Source: an uncultured cyanobacterium (GTDB lineage: Bacteria; Cyanobacteriota; Cyanobacteriia; Cyanobacteriales; Nostocaceae). From it: a stretch of DNA of 64,000 bases. The stretch's first letter is position 1; every line of letters begins with the position of its first letter. Both the position numbers and the translations under genes were made by a program. Where the stretch lies: positions 1,504,001 to 1,568,000 of the forward strand of contig CAVUDP010000002.1 of assembly GCA_963740315.1 (NCBI GenBank). Direction: 5' to 3'. The notes beneath the pieces are model-generated. The model had not been told where the DNA came from, made no database searches, and saw only the letters and a program-made list of their open reading frames with translations. Of the stretch, positions 62,982-64,000 are shown piece after piece.

Positions 62982-64000
62982 TTACTGCTCTTTCATTACC
63001 TGTGCAGTTTTATTTCTATCTAACTTAAAAACTAATACTCCTAAAGGTGGTAGACATAAATCCAAAGAGTATTCTTGATTGTGCATTGACCAATTATCCG
63101 TCCACTTACCGCCTAAATTCCCCATGTTGCTACCGCCGTATTCTCGCGCATCGCTGTTGAATAATTCGGTGTAAAATCCAGGTTCCGGTACGCCGATACG
63201 GTAGTGAGAATGGGGTTGTGGGGTGAAATTACAAATGGCAACGACAAAATCTTCTGAATCTTTATCGCGACGGATAAATGAAACTACGCTGTGACGATTA
63301 TCGCTACAGTCAATCCACTCGAACCCAGGTTCTTCAAAGTCTTGAGTATATAGACAGGGTTCGCTACGGTAAAGCTGATTCAAATTTCGGAAAAATGTCT
63401 TTAACTGTTGATGTGGCTCAAACTGCATCAAGTCCCATCGTAAATCTGCCCAATCATTCCATTCAGTCCACTGCCCAAATTCCATGCTCATAAACATGGT
63501 TTTCTTACCAGGATGAGTAAACATAAAGGCAAACAAACAGCGCACGTTGGCTAGCTTTTGCCATGTATCTCCGGGCATTTTACCGATGATATTACTCTTG
63601 CCATGCACTACTTCGTCATGGGAGAGCGCCAACATGAAGTTTTCGCTGTGGTGATACCACATACTAAAGGTAAGATTATTTTGGTGGAACTTACGGAACC
63701 AAGGGTCCATGCTGAAATAATCCAACATATCATGCATCCAACCCATGTTCCACTTCAAGTTAAAGCCCAATCCGCCGGTGTATGTGGGCCAAGATACCAT
63801 AGGCCAAGACGTAGATTCTTCGGCAATGGAAAGGGTACCAGGGAAATAGCTGAAGATCAGGTGATTTACACTGCGGATAAATTCTACGGCTTCTAAGTTT
63901 TCTCTACCGCCATATTGGTTTGTAACCCATTCACCGGGATCGCGTAAGTAATCGAGGTAAAGCATGGAAGCCACTGCATCTACGCGAATGCCATCGATAT
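62982..64000 (-). CDS. glgB: 1,4-alpha-glucan branching enzyme, 3' part (5' end lies beyond the window)
   Basis: '(DGIRVDAV)ASMLYLDY', 'IAEEST', 'KWNMGWMHD', '[10 protein letters not shown]', 'HPGKK'. Confidence 0.96.
   Translation of the reverse strand, partial: IDGIRVDAVASMLYLDYLRDPGEWVTNQYGGRENLEAVEFIRSVNHLIFSYFPGTLSIAEESTSWPMVSWPTYTGGLGFNLKWNMGWMHDMLDYFSMDPWFRKFHQNNLTFSMWYHHSENFMLALSHDEVVHGKSNIIGKMPGDTWQKLANVRCLFAFMFTHPGKKTMFMSMEFGQWTEWNDWADLRWDLMQFEPHQQLKTFFRNLNQLYRSEPCLYTQDFEEPGFEWIDCSDNRHSVVSFIRRDKDSEDFVVAICNFTPQPHSHYRIGVPEPGFYTELFNSDAREYGGSNMGNLGGKWTDNWSMHNQEYSLDLCLPPLGVLVFKLDRNKTAQVMKEQ

Overview
AT-rich chromosomal window from a cyanobacterium. Frequent HIP1 octamers (GCGATCGC), heptameric STRR tracts and several families of short palindromic dispersed repeats suggest a filamentous Nostocales-type organism (inference). 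The left ~43 kb is accessory and visibly decaying. It holds two Uma2 endonuclease genes, each bracketed by the same palindromic repeat family, ParDE remnants, a phytochrome that lost its kinase, three oxidoreductase clusters (one with twin NemR-like operators), a HEPN/MNT toxin-antitoxin pair and two paralogous RTX-tailed lipase-like proteins. It also holds an IS630 inserted into an ADP-ribosylglycohydrolase fusion gene and a CusRS/CopRS-like two-component locus. In that locus an identical 16-bp palindrome (ATTACAAAATTGTAAT) precedes the regulator, a YHYH protein and a secreted repeat protein. The right ~20 kb is mostly housekeeping (ftsH, gltX, tRNA-Asp, Ser/Thr kinase, cystine lyase-like enzyme, partial glgB). 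The best candidates for an undescribed system are the copper-box-like YHYH regulon (30.9-35.8 kb), the ADP-ribosylhydrolase fused to a possible ADP-ribosyltransferase-like domain (40.8-43.0 kb) and the repeat-bracketed Uma2 cassettes. All calls come from reading the sequence only; no database searches were run.
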